This document shows, piece after piece, positions 58,680 through 64,000 of a stretch of 64,000 bases of DNA. Positions within the stretch are counted from its first letter, which is position 1, and each line of letters begins with the position of its first letter. Under the pieces are notes generated by a model. It ran no database searches and was not told the DNA's origin. It saw only the letters and a program-made list of their open reading frames with translations. The position numbers and the translations under genes are program-made. This DNA is from Octopus sinensis (Eukaryota): positions 28,210,001 to 28,274,000 of the forward strand of contig NC_043006.1 of assembly GCF_006345805.1 (NCBI RefSeq), written 5' to 3'.

Positions 58680-59450
58680 AACTAGTTATCACTGGTGAAT
58701 TGAGATACAAAGTCCAGGTGTCTAGTGTCCCTCAGTAAATACTTTTCAAGCTTGGACCACAAGGCAAAAATAAGAGGCTTATGATCTGTATAGATGGTAA
58801 AGTTCCTCCCTTTAAGGAGAAACTGGAAATGCTTCATTGAAAGGTAGATTGCCAACAATTCACGACCAAAGGTGCTATAACATGTCTCCGCAAGTTTCAG
58901 TCACCAAGAAGAAAAGGCAAGAGGTTGCAGGGGTCCTTGATGAAACTGTTGTAATACAGCAGCAGTTGTTGTATCCAATGCATCAACCACAAGTGAAAGC
59001 TTTGCATCAGAGATGGGTGCATGAGGAAAGATGCTTTAGCGAGTTCATGTTTCACAGTGTTAAAGACATCGATCTGGGCAACAAAATAGCTTCATTCTTC
59101 ATACAACAGTTCTTTAAAAGCTCAGTAAGAGGAGACAGAAGTCCAGCACAGTGAGGAATAAAACGTCTATAAAAGTTCAGTAAACCAAGGAAATGGCACA
59201 ACTGGTGAAAAGAAGTATGGTCACGAAACACAACAGAGGATGTGCCCAAAACACATTTAGCAAGGTTAATCTGTACTTGACATTGGTTAAGGCACTGGAA
59301 GAGTAGCTTTAAATGATGAACATGCTCTTCAGCTGAAGAACTGGAAATCATGAGATCATCAATATATGTATAGATGAAGTCCAGTCCATGAATGACTTCG
59401 TCTATGAACCACTGAAATGTGCTAGCAGGAAATATTTGTGTATACGAGAC
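58680..59450 (-). mobile_element. Ty3/Gypsy pol relic (RT and RNase H)
   Basis: FQWFIDEVIHGLDFIYTYIDDLMISS; FLGLLNFYRRFIPHCA; LSLVVDA; YSTFGRELLAIY; FTIYTDHKPL; with stops and frameshifts. Confidence 0.92.
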
Positions 59451-61914
59451 AGGAAAAATTGCATGACTTACTATAGACACTGAGGTTTATATGAATCAGA
59501 GTGGAAGCTGATGTTAATCAAATGAGATGTGTGTAGTTGCTGGTGGACACAGAAAATGTGACATGTCGAAGAAAGAGATGTTGCTTATATGTCTTCAAAT
59601 CCACAACTGGACCAAAACTGCTGCTTCTCTACTGTAGTGAGTTCATCCAACTAAGGCAGATCACTGCCATTTTATTCATATGCTTCTAACTCTTATTGGC
59701 TGGAATCTTCCACAGCACAACTGAACTATGTCACAGCAACAAAATAGATCTCCCCTGTCTCTCTACATGTTCATATATCATACTTTAACCATATAATAAT
59801 GAGACTCATAATTGCAACATACAAGAACTTTTTGGAATTTATCAGTAAATTCACTACAACTAATGTGGTTTCATGTTATTATATGACAGATCACCATCTT
59901 GAGATTTTAGCTAGTAATTGTTGCATTTAATCTCAGGTCAATCTTGATCAAGCAAATAAATGGACAAAGCTGTGCTAGCTGTAACCACACCATATTGTTT
60001 TCTTCAGCTTAAAAATGCTAATATTATAAAATAAATTTTAAAAAAACTCACAAAAATATGCCCCACGTACTAGAGGTAAGAAGACAACAGTACACAAATG
60101 CTAAAATATTCTGCTTCATTTCCACAAGGACCAAACAATATTTTCATTACCCATCTTGTATTGGATTTTGTCAGTTGACTTTTGCCAGTCCTCTCGAGCT
60201 GATGACATTGATGTGATTGTCTGCAAAATAAGGTTGGTGAGAAGGGAACAAAAGAGTCTAGTTTGAATACCTTATACGAGAGTGAAATTAGTATTTTCAA
60301 CAAAATAGATGAAAGAAATTGAGGAAGATGAAGAAAATCATCTCATCTCTACAACACAATGTACAGATGTCTTCTTTGAGATTATAACTAAATCCACAAC
60401 ACATTATTCAAAGAAGGTAATATTTCAAATTTATGCTAGTTTTTCAAAGCTGCTTATGCATTTTATTTTTCCCAAAATCTTTTAAAATTCTATTTAATAG
60501 TGAATTCCTAAGGAATACATTATTTATTAAATTTTTCAGAAAAAGTGAAAGCTCAATTTTCCTTAGATATATATATACTATGCCATAAAAGGTAGGAACA
60601 TCTACATGAATGTTTTTCAACTAATCAATATCAACTGCCATGTAGCATGTAAGGGTGGTACACTTAAAAAAAAGTCATGTAAATTTCTACTAAACTGTAT
60701 TTTCAAATGTTCTATGGGTTTTACTTGGGAACATGAAAAGTTGGAGTATTGGACCCTCAAACAGAATCTCCCTAGGCACTAAATGGAACTCTGCTACTCA
60801 ATTCCATGAAAGGCATTCGCACTTGCTTCTACATATTTTACATTACAACCTTTGTATATCATAATTGGTAAAAGGTAAATAACCTTGGGTTGTAATGCAT
60901 ACATATCTACACACATGCAAATTTATTTCCATATATTTTCTTGCATTATTCTGTTTATAATAACTATGTACAATTACCACATAACAGTGTTCACTAAAAC
61001 AAATATTCCTATCTCATACAGTGTAAACCTTTAAATATGCAATAACATATTTTTTCCAATACAATTCATTGTACACATATAAAAACAATTGTTTGAAATA
61101 ATGTTATCAAATTTTGGTACAAGGCCAGCAAACTTGAGGGAAGGGTTAAGTTGGTTACACTGACCCCAGTAATCATCTGGTACCAATTTTATCAATCCTG
61201 AGAGGATGAAAAACAAAGTTGACCTTGGCAAAATTTGAATTCAGAACATAAATACAGACAAAAAGCTGCTAAGCCTTTTGCCCTGCATAGCAACAATTCT
61301 GCAAACTTGAGAACTTCAAATAACTATTTTAAATAATAAATATATGGAATTTCAAACATTAATTACTGAGTAATTTATGTTTTAGAATGCAATCACTTTC
61401 CTCTACCTCTCACTTCTACCTAATTACCATGGTATTTATTATTTTATCATTATTGTATATGTTCATATATATTATTTTAAGATCATTAAATGCTGTTAGA
61501 TAACATAATTCTTCTCAATATTTGGGATGAAGATTTTGTTTCTAAATATGTAGATGATGTAAACATAACATCAAGTAAGAATAATTGCAATGCAAAGTAT
61601 CATAGAATTGATGCTTTATGGCATTATTTACAACTTCTATCACTGAAAGATTGTTGGTAAAGATTTAAGAATTTGTCTAAAGTTTCAGAGATTTTACTTG
61701 TGATTCCACACTCAAGGTAGATCATTGCTTTAAGTAAATGACATATTGTCTTCTCTCATAGTAATAAGACCGGAAGTCATTGACACAAGTTACAAGTATA
61801 AGCCACCTAAGAACATGCCTGGGTAAGTAAAGAAGGCAAACATGGGGTACAATACTGAACACTGCAAACAGAAGAATATTTAGTTTATCGAAGTCGATCA
61901 ACATCAATGGAAAT

Positions 61915-62315
61915 TGCAGCTGTGATACCAGTGCCGGTGGCACGTAAGCAAACCATCCGATCGTGACCGTTGCCAGCGCCGCCCCGACTGGCCTCCATGC
62001 CGGTGGCACGTAAAAAGCACCATCCGATCGTGGTTGTTGCCAGCCTCGCCTGGCCCATGTACCGGTGGCACGTAAAAAGCACTATCTGACCGTGGCTGTT
62101 CGCCAGTCCCGTCTGGCACCTGTGCCGGCGGCACTTAAAAAGCACCCACTACACTCACGGAGTGGTTGGCGTTAGGAAGGGCATCCAGCCGTAGAAACAT
62201 TGCCAGATCAGACTGGAGCCTGGTGCAGCCTCCTGGCTTCCCAGACCCCGGTCGAACCGTCCAACCCATGCTAGCATGGAAAGCGGACGCTAAATGATGA
62301 TGATGATGATGATGA
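61915..62315 (+). mobile_element. RTE-clade LINE 3' end with tandem units, young copy
   Basis: Four aaaagcaccatccgatcgtgg-type units, CpG-rich, (GAT)n tail. Confidence 0.8.
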
Positions 62316-62589
62316 TATATTATGGCATTAAAGTATCAGACATGTTGAAGGTGTAATGTAAGTAAATGGATAAAGTTGTTCTTTCCAATGTTTGTATATC
62401 ATACTATAACAAATATTGATGCAAGCAAATTTATAAGTGGGCCTGAATAAATTGATACACCAGATTTATTCATGTATAATATGCACTTAAAGTACACTTT
62501 TGAATTTGAGCAAAGAAATCTCAGAAAAAAACAATCTATTGTGTGAAGAATGAAATAATGTGGAAGATTTCTCATAATGTGAAGAGAGA

Positions 62590-62790
62590 ATTAATGAGTT
62601 ATTCATTCCTTTATTTACATTTGAAGGATATTTGTCCTCATCCTGTTTGTTGTTAACACAACGTTTCAACTGATATACCCTCCAGCCTTCATCAGGTGTC
62701 TTGGGGAAATTTCAGACCTGGGTTCTCATTTCTAAGGTATTTTTCGATGTTACTTAGGAATGAGAACCCAGGTTCAAAATTTTCCCAAAA
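62590..62790. mobile_element. Centre-deleted relative of the 11545-12124 palindromic element
   Basis: Left arm conserved; ttggggaaatttcagacctgggttctcatttctaagg pairs with cttaggaatgagaacccaggttcaaaattttcccaa; tRNA heads absent. Confidence 0.8.
62655..62700 (-). ncRNA. Minimal type I hammerhead-like motif, best-preserved copy
   Basis: Minus strand: GACAC-CTGATGA-AGGCTG..CAGTT-GAAAC-GT-T-GTGTT. Confidence 0.65.
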
Positions 62791-64000
62791 AACTGTCCCT
62801 CGATCATAAATGTAGATACATTCAATACGATAAAAATTTAAATAAATAACATTAATTTAACTTGTTATTCATCATTCCTATTTCTTAACTTTCTTTACAT
62901 ATTCAAAAAATTCCAGCACAATCATCTTTGATTGTAAACAAAGACAGCCAGTATCAACATGTTAATATATGTAAACATATGTAAATATGTTGACTGACAC
63001 CAGGTTGACTTTGATTACTAAAGATGGTTGTGTTGGATTTTCTAAGAGAGTTAAGCAAATAGAATAATGGAGAAAAGTTCAACTGATGTTATTTGTTTTT
63101 GTTTTGTTGTATATGTATTTAGTAAAATATATAGTTTATCTTTAATGTACTAAATGTATGTATATCTAAGATATGATAATTTTCACAACAAAATATGTAT
63201 TACGAAACTTTTTAATGTTTACATTCTTTTACAGTTCTGTGACAAGTAATTAGAGATGTCAATATCTGTTTATAGAAAAAAAAATATTCACTCCGTTCTA
63301 CAATGACAACATTTATGTTGATAACAAAATTAAAGTTGATAGTGACAAAATCTCGAGATAGGCAACAATATAACTGAGATTGACATTAGCAAAACTGTGG
63401 CTGGAGATGACAAATTTGAGGACAATGTTGAGATTCAAATTTGAGAAGACTTTGTTTATCCTCCTCCCCTCCTAATCTTCCTTTTCCTGCTCCTCCTCCT
63501 CTCCCCATCTGTCTCCTGTCTACCCTCTTCTTCCCTTCCTATATCCCCTTTCATTGCCCCACCTCTACTTTTTCTTCCCCTCCTCCTCCTCATCATTTTA
63601 AAGTCTATTTTTCCATGCTGGCATGGGTCAGATGAGACTACATTGGAATAGAATTTTCTTCAGTTGGATCCCCTTTCTGATGCCAACCCTCAACTTTTTC
63701 CAAGCAAGGTAAAAATCTTTCCATGTAATGAACAACAAACTTAGACATGGTAAGGCAGAGAAATGGAAACAAATAACACTATTTGAAAGAGTATATTTTT
63801 TTTATAAAGCTGGTACAATATGTTAGGACATCTGGATATGATTTCTTGGTGGATTACAAGTAAATGACTGTGAGACTGTTGTTTACAACCAGTGAACACA
63901 CAATAAGATGAGGGAGATACAAATTCAGCTGTACAAACACAGACACATATATATGTAGAGAGAGAATGACAAATATGTACCAAACTTGATGTATGAGGGG

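Noticed and set aside
63235-63450. Possible exon or ORF fragments near the window end
   Set aside because: Every frame is interrupted by stops and no motif is recognised.

Overview
AT-rich, microsatellite-dense animal genomic DNA. The SINE, LINE and microsatellite landscape looks like an octopod cephalopod (inference, not verified). Two host genes are on the + strand. (1) The 3' part of an ADAMTS6/10-type metalloprotease: I assembled 15 GT-AG exons from 1 to 31748, giving 670 aa in one frame (end of protease, disintegrin-like, TSR1, Cys-rich, spacer, four TSRs, PLAC, stop). (2) A gene with a single coding exon (51594/51630-53270) for a secreted, probably GPI-anchored, chaoptin-like LRR protein. 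The rest is transposon debris: tRNA-derived SINEs, RTE, CR1/L2-like and R4/Dong-like LINE fragments, mariner/maT, hAT and piggyBac-type elements, a solo LTR and a Gypsy RT-RNaseH relic. The most striking non-genic signal is a set of minimal type I hammerhead-ribozyme-like motifs from several unrelated Penelope-like (PLE) repeat families. One is a ~580-bp palindromic element in which two divergent tRNA-like Pol III heads each lead, with no T4 terminator, into a hammerhead motif (11545-12124); a centre-deleted relative lies at ~62.6-62.8 kb. All assignments are by eye; no database searches or folding programs were run.
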